Part shown: positions 1 through 9,784 of the stretch, in pieces
Position numbering within the stretch: position 1 is the first letter of the stretch
How the letters are laid out: every line of letters begins with the position of its first letter
Assembly: GCA_964355675.1 (NCBI GenBank)
Contig: CAYHEC010000010.1
Location: 41,160 to 105,159 of the forward strand
DNA from: an uncultured Caldithrix sp.
GTDB lineage: Bacteria > Electryoneota > AABM5-125-24 > Hatepunaeales > Hatepunaeaceae
Direction: 5' to 3'
DNA length: 64,000 nt
Translations under genes and position numbers: made by a program
Notes under the pieces: generated by a model
What the model saw: only the letters and a program-made list of their open reading frames with translations
Databases searched by the model: none
Told to the model about the DNA's origin: nothing

Positions 1-102
1 CAGAAGGCTTCCCTTTTGGGATAGGCATTGTCCGATTATTTCGAGACAATATTCGCAACCGTTTGGGGTACGCACGATTTCTGGAGCGGTAAAGATTGTC
101 AT

Positions 103-1554
103 TTAAGGAATAACATCCACGCGCTGTAATAGAATGTAATCTTTGTTCCATCCGCGTTCTAATTCGTTTTCGCTAACAGTAAGTGTCGGGGGACCATATA
201 CCGATGCTCTTGCCACAGGCTTATACAGGTGCGATAAAATTGTATCATTCAGTACTTCGCGATATTCAGTACCTACATTGAGATATGCCCAATGGGGGTG
301 GAGATTCCTAAGTATATCTGCGTTTGAATCATACCTATAATAATCCTTCCAGACTAACCCATGTCTGTCAAGAAGTATCGCCTTGCTGATAAAACCGAAT
401 ACGCCGACGTCAGACACACATACTGTGTCTGATGGGTGCACAAATGTTCGAGATATTTCTTGCACTTGTGGTATGAGATACTCAGTTTCCCCGGATTTTC
501 CGTCGCGGACGACTCTGTGGGTCCAATAGAGAATTGGTAAGAGCAGTACTATGGACAGAGCCGCAATTTTCCAAGTTCTCGCAAAATATTTCTCAATAAA
601 ATAGGCTATGCCAAACGCGATAACAGCCGATCTAACAAAAAAAAGAGGCAATCCATACCAAACCCATAATGGAGGTCTCATTACGATGTAAAATAATAGA
701 TAGACCAGCGACCAGATGGTTATAAAAGTAAATTCTCTGCTGAGACGAATCACGACCGGGAGAAATCCAATCATTGCCAATGTCATTACAATCCATGGCC
801 AAGAATTTTTTCCACCAGCCCAAAAAAAGAAAGCGAGTACTTGGTTGATTGTCAGTTTATTCTCAATGGACTTTGCGGCGACAGATTGCGGTATAACGCT
901 ACCGTAAATCCAGTAGATAAAGATTGCAGGGACAATTACTACAAGCGACGCCGCGACAATTTTGGGAATTCGGTTACTTTCTTTATGAAGAAGCAGATAA
1001 ATTCCTAATATTCCTGTTAAAAGAAATCCCTCAGGGCGCACCCAAATAGCCATACTGCTAATTATCAGTGCATTACCGATGCGTCCAGACGAAGCATAGA
1101 ATAAAGCTACAATCGTGATAACAAGAAAAAGGGGACTTTCCATTCCACCAATCACGTCTCTTGTGTAAACTCTATCCGCTAAAATAATCGCGCAGAATAT
1201 AACCCACCCACTGATCATATCCATTCGTTTGGCAATCAACCAAACAAAGAAGAGTAGCGTCAATTCTGATAGAAGAGCCAAGAGTAATGCAGCTGTTTCG
1301 ATAGGAACATGGAAGAATACAGGAACGGCTAAGAGCAACGCGTACAACGGCGAGGTTGTACCCAGCAAAGATTGGCCTATATTGAAGGTAAGACCATGTC
1401 CATCCACAAAATTCGAAGTGTGTCTAAACGTGATATATGCGTCATCAAAAAATGGAGTGACATATATTGCAAGCATTCTACTGCTTAGATAGACCAATAA
1501 GGTTGTCGCACACAATATATTGTTATTAAGAGATTTAATTGAATTAATGTTCAT
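103..1554 (-). CDS. Polytopic integral membrane protein, candidate GT-C-type (ArnT/PMT-like) glycosyltransferase
   Basis: 483-aa ORF, hydrophobic throughout with many predicted TM helices; acidic 'DDAYITFRH' motif near the N-terminus as in GT-C enzymes; lies in a glycan locus. Confidence 0.4.
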   Translation of the reverse strand: MNINSIKSLNNNILCATTLLVYLSSRMLAIYVTPFFDDAYITFRHTSNFVDGHGLTFNIGQSLLGTTSPLYALLLAVPVFFHVPIETAALLLALLSELTLLFFVWLIAKRMDMISGWVIFCAIILADRVYTRDVIGGMESPLFLVITIVALFYASSGRIGNALIISSMAIWVRPEGFLLTGILGIYLLLHKESNRIPKIVAASLVVIVPAIFIYWIYGSVIPQSVAAKSIENKLTINQVLAFFFWAGGKNSWPWIVMTLAMIGFLPVVIRLSREFTFITIWSLVYLLFYIVMRPPLWVWYGLPLFFVRSAVIAFGIAYFIEKYFARTWKIAALSIVLLLPILYWTHRVVRDGKSGETEYLIPQVQEISRTFVHPSDTVCVSDVGVFGFISKAILLDRHGLVWKDYYRYDSNADILRNLHPHWAYLNVGTEYREVLNDTILSHLYKPVARASVYGPPTLTVSENELERGWNKDYILLQRVDVIP

Positions 1555-1778
1555 TATTCTTCATTTTAAGTTGGGATTCCTTGTTCCTCGTTTTCTCTAA
1601 AGTCCTTAGAGGAGTTGATTGAATATTCGAATGGACGGTTGGTGAGGTGATGTCAGGTTATGGCTTAGAGTCGCTTCGACGATTGAAGAGCGGGCGTTTC
1701 GCTCCGATGCGAGGTTTAAAAAGCTCATTTGCGAACACTTCCGAATGAGCAATTTCGGTTTGGTAAAATTTCGGCCCA

Positions 1779-3422
1779 TTACTCGGTTAGTGCAACCTCA
1801 CTGTGTATGGCCGTAAACGGACCAAGAATAGTGAAATTTTCTTTCTGTTTGTTGTACATCATCCGCAAGTCAGACGAATATCCAAAAATACATATTGAAT
1901 TTTCAAAAGCATTATGCAAGGTAGAGTCATTGTCGATTGAGTTCAGATTTTTAACCTTCAGAACTGTGATGTTGGTTTGATTATTGTAAAATATCTGTCG
2001 ATTCTGTGTATAATGATTAGTTGTTAAATAGCCCATTCTATTTAGACATAAAGCCACACTTCCTCCAACGCCGGCACGAATAGCCATAATCGGATAGCCT
2101 TTTTCAATTCCGGTTTGGACAGCAGTCTCAATTTCCAAGTTCTGCTTCTTGACGAAATCTCGCCAATCACCACCGAATAGTGTGTAGAAATGTCCCCATA
2201 ACGGTCTGGGACCTTCAGACGTCGGTAATGCGCTCCCACTTTTTAATCCTAGCCGTATATACATTTCGGTTATAGAAACGGTATCCGCCCTTCTGACCTC
2301 AAAACCAGGTCCCCAAAGGGTTCTGGGTATATTAACCTGTAATCCGACGAACCAAGGGAGTACAAGCAGGAGCAGGAAGCCTGTTCGCCAAAGTAATTTG
2401 GATCGATCTCTATACCAGATCGTTCTGAAGCCAAAGTATGCAACCGCTATCCATAGAGGCCAGGCAGGTAAGAAAAACTTAGGCTCAGATGCGAAAGGAA
2501 GGGCGACAATTGTCGCTATGCACCACAGATATGCAGTTGGTCGGGAAGTTTGAAAAACTTGTATAATTCCAAACAAGAAAAGAAGAACAAATGCTGGAGT
2601 CAGAAATGAGGGGTATGATCTAAAGAAACCTTCAATTCGTTCCTGCAATCCAGGACCTATCGATTGGGATGAGTAAGTAAAAGCCAACCCTCCTTTGGCG
2701 ATATCATAAAGATCTGTTGGCCCGTAGCCTGATATTGCAAGAAAAAGAAATGTTGAGCAAAGTAATGCTATCATCCAATATGAAATGAACGCGAGGCTTC
2801 GCCGCCATTTGGCAAGTCCCATAATAAGTTGCATATCGAAGGCGATGACAGCGGCGTAAACGATCATGCTCCACCTGAATGATACCCCAAGACCAAACAT
2901 CAATGTCGCTAACGTCAACATCGTAATCTTTCTGCCATTCAGAACAACAGGATAATCGCTCTTTGCTGAATATTCTTCAAGTAATATCGACCTGAAGATA
3001 ATATGTGACCAAAGGATGAATGCCATCGAAACTATTGAAGGGTCATAAATAAGGCCTAAATATATAATTTCTGGAACAGAAAGCAGTAATACCATCGAGA
3101 ATACCAAACCATCTCTTTTTGTTGCCAAGCCGCTGATCGAAAGTGACAGCATCACGAGAAGCGTAGTAAAAAAGACTGCTGAGATCGCAGACAATCCAAC
3201 AGCCCATTTCCATAAAATTTCAGCTCTTGCGGGAAGGAATGACAGGATGTACTCAAACATGCTGTGATATTGAATCTGAAGCATCAGATCAGGATTTCGA
3301 CCGGACGTCTGAAATGCAATAGTAGTAGCGTCATCGCCTTCCACCACGCCAAGGGTTAGACTGCAACTATAGATAACTGCGAAAACTATTGCAATTAATA
3401 GAAATATACGCCAGGTTGACAT
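1779..3422 (-). CDS. Polytopic membrane protein, function unknown (possible GT-C-like glycan assembly protein)
   Basis: 547-aa ORF, N-terminal two thirds strongly hydrophobic with multiple TM segments, C-terminal ~150 aa soluble; no recognisable catalytic motif. Confidence 0.3.
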   Translation of the reverse strand: MSTWRIFLLIAIVFAVIYSCSLTLGVVEGDDATTIAFQTSGRNPDLMLQIQYHSMFEYILSFLPARAEILWKWAVGLSAISAVFFTTLLVMLSLSISGLATKRDGLVFSMVLLLSVPEIIYLGLIYDPSIVSMAFILWSHIIFRSILLEEYSAKSDYPVVLNGRKITMLTLATLMFGLGVSFRWSMIVYAAVIAFDMQLIMGLAKWRRSLAFISYWMIALLCSTFLFLAISGYGPTDLYDIAKGGLAFTYSSQSIGPGLQERIEGFFRSYPSFLTPAFVLLFLFGIIQVFQTSRPTAYLWCIATIVALPFASEPKFFLPAWPLWIAVAYFGFRTIWYRDRSKLLWRTGFLLLLVLPWFVGLQVNIPRTLWGPGFEVRRADTVSITEMYIRLGLKSGSALPTSEGPRPLWGHFYTLFGGDWRDFVKKQNLEIETAVQTGIEKGYPIMAIRAGVGGSVALCLNRMGYLTTNHYTQNRQIFYNNQTNITVLKVKNLNSIDNDSTLHNAFENSICIFGYSSDLRMMYNKQKENFTILGPFTAIHSEVALTE

Positions 3423-3731
3423 TAGAGTTTTTCTCTGATCGGTTTCAATAAAGTAGGTTTTCGGTTAATAGAAATATTTGGTGAAGCAGTGGTTATGGGA
3501 GGAATGGGCAAAATGGTGCACATTTGACTGTTTGTGAAGAGGGCTGAAATGAATGTATTTATCAACAGGGGATTTATATGAATTTGGATACACAAGCGAT
3601 CCACCTCTTTCATACCCGTAAGAAAACGAGCTGAAATTCAAGTTTAAGACCATTGTATAACCACACGGAGAGAATCACCCGTGCTGCCACCTCAACCTCT
3701 TCCTGACCCATTAATGGTTTAATGATAGGGA

Positions 3732-4712
3732 TCATGTCTTCACTTCTACCGTTTGTTCAGCTTTCCACCAATCCACAAGTTGTCGTAAGCCATCATGCAA
3801 CGAAACTTGAGCTTGAAAGCCAAGCAATTCCATAGCTTTGACGGTACCTGCCAATCTTCTGGTTACGGAATTGGTAAGGCGAGTCTCGCGATGCTCAACG
3901 GTAAGTCCCTTTGCTCCCATAACGGAGAGAAGTTCATTGGCAAGTTGAAGCAGGCTCGTCTCGGTTCCAGATGCAACATTAAAGACCTGGTCAGTGGCAT
4001 TCGATTTTGCCGCAAGGATATTGGAACGAGCAATGTCGTCGATATAAATGAAATCCATTGTTTGGAGCCCGTCACCGAAGATAAGCGGCGGCTGACCGGC
4101 GACGATCCGTTCCATCCAGCGGATTAAGACTTCGGTATATTTTCCATAAATGTCCATGCGGGGGCCATAGACGTTAAAGTAGCGAAGCGCAACATAATCA
4201 AGCCCATACATCGCGTGGAAGCTCCGCAACATTCCCTCGAGATAGACTTTAGCGGCTCCATAAATGGTGTCATTGGCGTATGGGTGATGATCTTCGAGAG
4301 TGGGAAATGCTTCCGCCAAGCCGTAAATGGAAGCGGAGGAGGCGGCGACGACTTTACGAACTTTAGCGTTCACAGCCGCTTCGAGTACGTTGTAAGTTCC
4401 TGTGGCGAGAACGTCATGGGCAAGCTGGGGTTGTTCGGCGCACTGAGTGATACGAATCGCCGCTTGATGAAAGAGAGTGTCGATCCCGGTGCAGATTTTC
4501 GCGAGAAGCTCTATGTCGCGAATATCTCCTTCGACAATGGTTACGTTGCCATTAGCGATTGCCCAAGACAGATTCTCCATTCGGCCACGTGTAAAGTTGT
4601 CGATGATGACAATTTCTGCCGCACCTTCTTTAACCAACAGGTCGGCGATATGCGATCCAACGAGACCAGCGCCGCCGGTGATTAAGTGGCGTTTGCCTAA
4701 AAGATTACTCAA
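3732..4712 (-). CDS. NAD-dependent nucleotide-sugar epimerase/dehydratase (extended SDR)
   Basis: N-terminal Rossmann motif 'ITGGAGLVGSH'; catalytic YxxxK 'YGAAK'; about 325 aa as in UDP-sugar 4-epimerase-like enzymes. Confidence 0.8.
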   Translation of the reverse strand: MSNLLGKRHLITGGAGLVGSHIADLLVKEGAAEIVIIDNFTRGRMENLSWAIANGNVTIVEGDIRDIELLAKICTGIDTLFHQAAIRITQCAEQPQLAHDVLATGTYNVLEAAVNAKVRKVVAASSASIYGLAEAFPTLEDHHPYANDTIYGAAKVYLEGMLRSFHAMYGLDYVALRYFNVYGPRMDIYGKYTEVLIRWMERIVAGQPPLIFGDGLQTMDFIYIDDIARSNILAAKSNATDQVFNVASGTETSLLQLANELLSVMGAKGLTVEHRETRLTNSVTRRLAGTVKAMELLGFQAQVSLHDGLRQLVDWWKAEQTVEVKT

Positions 4713-5668
4713 GTTTCCTCACGATTTATTTTGGATTCTTCCATTCCTACTTCCTCTTCGATTATGTATCTCGGCCGACCACGAGACTCATCGAGCGCAC
4801 GCCAAAGATATTCCCCCAAGACGCCCATCATCAGCATCTGCAAGCCTCCAATTACTAGCACCACGACCATCAGGGATGTCCAACCCTGCACCGGATTTCC
4901 TCCGGCAATAGCGTTATATATGATGAACGATGCATAAATAAATCCGATGAGGGCTAAAACAGCACCGACGATGGACATAAGACGGATAGGCAAAAAGCTG
5001 AAAGATATAACTGAATCGACGACAAGCTTGATCTTTTTGCTGACGCTCCACCCTGAACTGCCGTGAAGTCGAGCTTGTTTATCATATTGAATGCTGTCTT
5101 GACGGAAGCCCATCCAAGTGAGCAAAGGAATGAGGCTTATGTTTAGTTCCTTGAATCGACCAATCGAATCCACAACTTTCCGGTCGAGGAGAAAGAAATC
5201 TGCACCGGTGGGTGGTAAGCCTTTAACGCCGACGAATTTCCGCATGATCAAGTAGTATAATCTTGAAAACGCGCGAGTTGACATTGATTCGCCTTCGCGT
5301 TTTGCTCGCACTGCCCAGACAATTTGTGCTCCGCCATGCCATTTTTCTAAAAGTAATGGAATTGTTTCTGGGGGGTCTTGAAGATCTGCCGCGAGGACAA
5401 CAGCGCAATCACCTGTGGCATAGGTGAGTCCGCACATAATGGCACTAAAAGAGCCTATATTTCTCGAGAGTCTTATGCCCTTCAGTTTGAAATTATTTTT
5501 TGCAAGAGCTCGAACAATCTCGAAAGTCGCATCCGGCGAATGGTCATCAACAATGATCCATTCCCATTCGACATCCAAAGTTGACATTACGGTAAAAAGT
5601 CGTTGAGAAAGTACATTTAAATTATTGCTTTCGCGATAAGTGGGAACAATAATAGAAAGCTTGTCCAT
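4709..5668 (-). CDS. GT2 polyprenyl-phosphate sugar transferase (ArnC/GtrB/Dpm1-like)
   Basis: N-terminal 'LSIIVPTYRE...IIVDDHSPDAT' GT2 signature; two C-terminal TM helices typical of ArnC/GtrB family. Confidence 0.8.
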   Translation of the reverse strand: MDKLSIIVPTYRESNNLNVLSQRLFTVMSTLDVEWEWIIVDDHSPDATFEIVRALAKNNFKLKGIRLSRNIGSFSAIMCGLTYATGDCAVVLAADLQDPPETIPLLLEKWHGGAQIVWAVRAKREGESMSTRAFSRLYYLIMRKFVGVKGLPPTGADFFLLDRKVVDSIGRFKELNISLIPLLTWMGFRQDSIQYDKQARLHGSSGWSVSKKIKLVVDSVISFSFLPIRLMSIVGAVLALIGFIYASFIIYNAIAGGNPVQGWTSLMVVVLVIGGLQMLMMGVLGEYLWRALDESRGRPRYIIEEEVGMEESKINREET

Positions 5669-5674
5669 ACTACC

Positions 5675-6607
5675 TTACCAACCTTTAGAATGAGCTTCAG
5701 CGACTCTCTTGATTCCTTCACGTAAATTTACGCTGGGCATATAGTCAAGTAGATGTGTAGTCCTTTCAATCAACCCGATATGATTAGATCGAGGAGGATC
5801 TGGTAAATGATCAATAATAGGATCATTGAAAGTCACTTCTCCAATTAGATTCAATAGCTGTTTCAAAGATACCGATTCTAAACCAGCAAAATGAAACACA
5901 CCCTTTTCAGACGAATCGACCGTAGCAACAACCCCACGAGCCAAATCTTCAACCCAGACGGGATTCAGCATGAGGCCACTCTCGCCCTCGATTGTGACCT
6001 TCTTATGCTCCAATACATTGTGGATCAGCCGATTTACAAGGAACTGATCACCAAAAGGACCAAATGGATGAAAAAATCGTAGAACTGCAACCGAGAGTTC
6101 CTCGATGTAGGATTTTGCCAATATTTCTGAACAGGCTTTAGCGGCACCATAGAAACTCAAAGGTCGATACTCAACACTATCTTCGTATAAGGGATTCTTG
6201 CTCTCACCAATTGCGTCGCCTGAGGAGGCTATCGCCACTCGCTTGATTCCATTTTTCCAAGCCTGATCCAAAAGACGAAACGGCGCCGCGACACCCAATT
6301 CGAACATCGCTTTAACATTTCCGGGGAACTCTTTTAAGTCGGTTGGATTTGCCAAATGGATGATTGCATCAATTTCTTGCCAGTGAACTTCTGGGAGTGG
6401 TTCGCGCAAAGTATCCCATACAACCCATTTGAGGGAATTTGATATATGCAAATTCTCAAGTGGAATGTGGGTTGTAGCTGTTATACAGAAATTCTGCCGA
6501 AGCAATTCCAAGATCACTGCCCGACCAATGAATCCCGATCCTCCGGTGACCAGTACGTGTGGATTCCCGATCTGAAAAACGGAATCCGTGGCTACTCGCC
6601 GATTCAC
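5675..6607 (-). CDS. NAD-dependent epimerase/dehydratase family protein (SDR)
   Basis: 'VLVTGGSGFIGRA' Rossmann motif and 'YGAAKACSE' YxxxK motif. Confidence 0.7.
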   Translation of the reverse strand: MNRRVATDSVFQIGNPHVLVTGGSGFIGRAVILELLRQNFCITATTHIPLENLHISNSLKWVVWDTLREPLPEVHWQEIDAIIHLANPTDLKEFPGNVKAMFELGVAAPFRLLDQAWKNGIKRVAIASSGDAIGESKNPLYEDSVEYRPLSFYGAAKACSEILAKSYIEELSVAVLRFFHPFGPFGDQFLVNRLIHNVLEHKKVTIEGESGLMLNPVWVEDLARGVVATVDSSEKGVFHFAGLESVSLKQLLNLIGEVTFNDPIIDHLPDPPRSNHIGLIERTTHLLDYMPSVNLREGIKRVAEAHSKGW

Positions 6608-6728
6608 TTGAGTAATCGAAAATTGAGTTTACCGACTCTATGATAGATGACGGTGCCGAAATATTTTGCCGTTCGATAGCCTCGAATTGTTATGCCGAGG
6701 AAGAGTGTACCTATTGTTGGAGGCAATT

Positions 6729-7826
6729 CTATAGCGATCTCAAAAGGATTTGAATCACTTCATTAATCATCTCGCCGGTCAGTTCCGGGAACATTGGCAA
6801 CGACAGTTCCTCATCGCCAAGCTGTTCAGCGACCGGAAAATCACCTCGTTTGTAGCCAAGTTCGGCGAAGCAGCCGAGGAGGTGTATCGGAATCGGGTAG
6901 TGAATTCCAACTCCAACGCCCGCTTCCTGCAACTTCTTCAGTACACCATCCCGGTTCTTCACCCGGACTGCATAAACGTGGTTGACATGGCGGGCATAGT
7001 CCATCTCTTTGGGAGCAATAACTCCGGGGACGGCGTTCAATAATTCACAGTAAAGCTTGCCAGCCTTCCGGCGTCCTTCCGTCCATGATTCAATGTGGGC
7101 CATCTTGACGCCCAGCACTGCGCCCTGAATGCCTTCCATCCGGTAGTTATAGCCCTTCAGGTCGTGATAGTATTTCTTCTCGGCTCCCCAGTCGCGCAGA
7201 ATTTTGACGGTCTTGGCGAATTCTTCGTTGTTGGTAGTGACCGCACCGCCTTCGCCATACGCGCCAAGATTCTTGCCGGGGTAGAAGCTGAAACCGGCGA
7301 TGTCACCCATCGACCCGCAGCGCCGGCCTTTGTATTCAGCGCCGTGAGCTTGAGCGGCGTCTTCGATGACGATCAGGTTGTGTCGTTTGGCGATTTCGAG
7401 GATCGGGTCCATATCCGCTGACTGGCCGTAGAGGTGAACTGGCATGATAGCCTTGGTTCGAGGTGTAATGGCGGCTTCGATTTTGGCTGGATCGATAGTA
7501 TAACTTTCCGGATGAATGTCAACGCAGACGGGTTTGGCGCCGGTGTAATCCACTGCCATGGCCGTTGCTACGAAGGTCATTGCCGGGATAATAACTTCAT
7601 CGCCGCGCTTGATCCCAGCGGCAAGCAACGCCAGATGAAGAGCGCTGGTTCCGGAATTAACCGCCATGGCATGTTTACAGCCGGCGTAGGGTGCGAACTT
7701 GGCCTCGAAATCAGCTACGGCGGGTCCAAGGACAAATGAGGCGTTTTCAAGAACTTTGCCGATTGCGGCGTCGATCTCGGGTTTGATACTGCGATATTGA
7801 GCTTTCAGGTCCACAAAGGGTATCAT
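6729..7826 (-). CDS. DegT/DnrJ/EryC1/StrS-family PLP-dependent sugar aminotransferase (WbpE/ArnB-like)
   Basis: 'MIPFVDLKAQY' start, 'AVNSGTSALHLAL' and 'GDEVIIPAMTFVATA' motifs typical of the DegT family; canonical ATG at 7826. Confidence 0.9.
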   Translation of the reverse strand: MIPFVDLKAQYRSIKPEIDAAIGKVLENASFVLGPAVADFEAKFAPYAGCKHAMAVNSGTSALHLALLAAGIKRGDEVIIPAMTFVATAMAVDYTGAKPVCVDIHPESYTIDPAKIEAAITPRTKAIMPVHLYGQSADMDPILEIAKRHNLIVIEDAAQAHGAEYKGRRCGSMGDIAGFSFYPGKNLGAYGEGGAVTTNNEEFAKTVKILRDWGAEKKYYHDLKGYNYRMEGIQGAVLGVKMAHIESWTEGRRKAGKLYCELLNAVPGVIAPKEMDYARHVNHVYAVRVKNRDGVLKKLQEAGVGVGIHYPIPIHLLGCFAELGYKRGDFPVAEQLGDEELSLPMFPELTGEMINEVIQILLRSL

Positions 7827-7837
7827 TCGATAATCTC

Positions 7838-8851
7838 CTAATTGTTTAATTCGATAAGGCTGCCGCGCTGGCTCATAGACTCAGTGGCGGCTTCGAGAAT
7901 GCGGACAATTCGTAATCCGGAATCGGCATTGGTGATCGGTTTCTCGCCAGTTTGAATGCAGTGTAGAAAGTGTTTTGCCATCAAGCCTAATGCTTCACTG
8001 CCGTCCAGTTTAGGACACCACATATCACCAGAACGATAGCCGACTCTCATTTCATAGATATTCTTGGGATCATTGTCGAATGTAATCCCTTTATCATATA
8101 TTTTGATTTTTTCAGTTGGTTCGATGTCATCATAGAGGATCATCTTCTGACTGCCACCGATCAATGTCTGCCGCAGCTTTACGGGTGAGAGCCAATTCAC
8201 GTGGATGTGTGCGATGATCGGCTGTTCAAAAAAAAGTGTAAGATAGGCGACATTCTCCGGCTTGCCCGGGACATGCTTGATACCGGTCGCTGATACCGAA
8301 ACCGGCTTCTCTGTGAAGATAAAGTCGAGGATCGAAAGATCATGGACTGCCAGATCCCAGAGGACGTTCACATCATGTTGAAAAAGCCCAAGATTAACTC
8401 GGACAGAATCATAATAATAAATGTCGCCTAATTGACCGCTTGAAACCAGCTCCTGAATTTTCCTTACCGCGCCGGTAAAAGGAAAAGTGTGATCGACCAT
8501 GAGGATCAGATTGCGTCGAGACGCTTCTTCAATCAGTAGTTTTGCTTTCTTCGAAGAGTCTGATAGTGGTTTTTCGACCAGAACGTGCTTGCCTGCCAAG
8601 AGCGCCGCCATTGCCAGATCGAAGTGGGTAGATACAGGCGTTGCGATAGCAACCGCATCGACTTCTTTGCTGGTGAGTAACTCGTTGAAATTAGTAGTAG
8701 TTTTAATTGATGGATATCGATTTTTTACCTGAGCGAGTCGTGATTCGATCATGTCAGAAACCCAGGTGACCTGCGCTCCGGCCGACTCCATAAAATTGCG
8801 GACCAAATTAGGTCCCCAGTAACCGTAGCCGATGACTCCTATACGGAGCAT
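7838..8851 (-). CDS. Gfo/Idh/MocA-family NAD(P)-dependent sugar oxidoreductase (WbpB-like)
   Basis: N-terminal 'LRIGVIGYGYWGPN' Rossmann motif and 'EKP' motif characteristic of Gfo/Idh/MocA. Confidence 0.85.
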   Translation of the reverse strand: MLRIGVIGYGYWGPNLVRNFMESAGAQVTWVSDMIESRLAQVKNRYPSIKTTTNFNELLTSKEVDAVAIATPVSTHFDLAMAALLAGKHVLVEKPLSDSSKKAKLLIEEASRRNLILMVDHTFPFTGAVRKIQELVSSGQLGDIYYYDSVRVNLGLFQHDVNVLWDLAVHDLSILDFIFTEKPVSVSATGIKHVPGKPENVAYLTLFFEQPIIAHIHVNWLSPVKLRQTLIGGSQKMILYDDIEPTEKIKIYDKGITFDNDPKNIYEMRVGYRSGDMWCPKLDGSEALGLMAKHFLHCIQTGEKPITNADSGLRIVRILEAATESMSQRGSLIELNN

Positions 8852-8870
8852 AATTGTAATTCCTTCCTTT

Positions 8871-9266
8871 TTATGCGCGTGCGATGATAATTATTCCAGC
8901 CAATATGACGAGAATTCCGGTAGCTTTGATCATATTGAAAGACTCATGAAATAATGGTACTGCCCCGGCTGTTACCAAGACAAAAGTCATTCCAACAAGA
9001 ATCGGGTAACTGGTGCTGATCTCAGCAATGGATAAAACTTTAAACCAGACTAGAGAAGCGATTCCATAGCAAATTATCCCTAAAACGAACACAGGTTGTA
9101 AAGCAAGCCGGAGCGCCATTTCCCAGGCTCCCCCAGAGAGTGTAAAGCCGCCGACCTTCAGCAGACCGTAGCGCATGGTCAAGTTTGCGGCCACGGTCAA
9201 TAAGGCGCTTATTACAATCAGGACGAATATCTGAAGAGTCAACCTATTTCGCCCGGTTTCGAACAT
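8871..9266 (-). CDS. Small 4-TM membrane protein, EamA/SMR-like (ArnE/ArnF-like flippase subunit candidate)
   Basis: Track ORF 8871..9344 overlaps the upstream gene by 100 nt; an internal Met (9266) gives a ~130-aa hydrophobic protein; family assignment is by architecture only. Confidence 0.45.
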   Translation of the reverse strand: MFETGRNRLTLQIFVLIVISALLTVAANLTMRYGLLKVGGFTLSGGAWEMALRLALQPVFVLGIICYGIASLVWFKVLSIAEISTSYPILVGMTFVLVTAGAVPLFHESFNMIKATGILVILAGIIIIARA

Positions 9267-9777
9267 CCCCGCGCAAGCGCGCCGGGACGCCAGCGACAAC
9301 TGCATGAGCTTCGACACTTTTTGTGACGACGGCTCCTGCGCCAATCATTGCATTCTCTCCAATAGTAATGCCTGCCAGAATTACTGCTCCAGAGCCAATC
9401 GAAGCGCCTCTTTTAATTCTTGTGGGAATTACAACCCAGTCAGCCTCAGTCTGAAGTTGTCCCTCGGAAGTAGCGCGTGGAAAAAGATCGTTGATGAACA
9501 TAACTCCGTGTCCAACAAAGACATCATCTTCAATAGTTACTCCTTCGCAGACAAACGTGTGTGAGGATATCTTGCAACGGGCTCCGATAAAGGCGTTTTT
9601 TTGAATCTCGACAAAAGCACCAATTTTGGTTTCATCACCAATTTGGCATCCATATAGATTAACCAGCTCGGGTTGAAATATGCGAACGTCCTTTCCGAGT
9701 ATGACGTTGTTACTTACGGGCATAGATTGACTCCATTGGTTTATAATAAAGTGGTGCACATCTTGTGATGCGCTCAA
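9244..9777 (-). CDS. Hexapeptide-repeat (left-handed beta-helix) sugar N-acetyltransferase (WbpD/WlbB-like)
   Basis: Repeated [LIV]-G-x-x-x-x hexapeptides ('IGAGAVVTKSV', 'IGSGAVILAGITIGENAMIGAGAVV'); ~175 aa; adjacent to DegT and Gfo/Idh/MocA genes. Confidence 0.85.
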   Translation of the reverse strand: MSASQDVHHFIINQWSQSMPVSNNVILGKDVRIFQPELVNLYGCQIGDETKIGAFVEIQKNAFIGARCKISSHTFVCEGVTIEDDVFVGHGVMFINDLFPRATSEGQLQTEADWVVIPTRIKRGASIGSGAVILAGITIGENAMIGAGAVVTKSVEAHAVVAGVPARLRGDVRNRAK

Positions 9778-9784
9778 GAAAACA

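Noticed and set aside
4215-4911. Plus-strand ORFs of 156 and 144 aa (4215..4685, 4477..4911)
   Set aside because: Antisense to the SDR epimerase and GT2 genes, which have clear motifs; low-complexity translation.
9244-9344. Track start of the small membrane ORF at 9344
   Set aside because: It would overlap the acetyltransferase gene by 100 nt; a downstream internal Met is more plausible.
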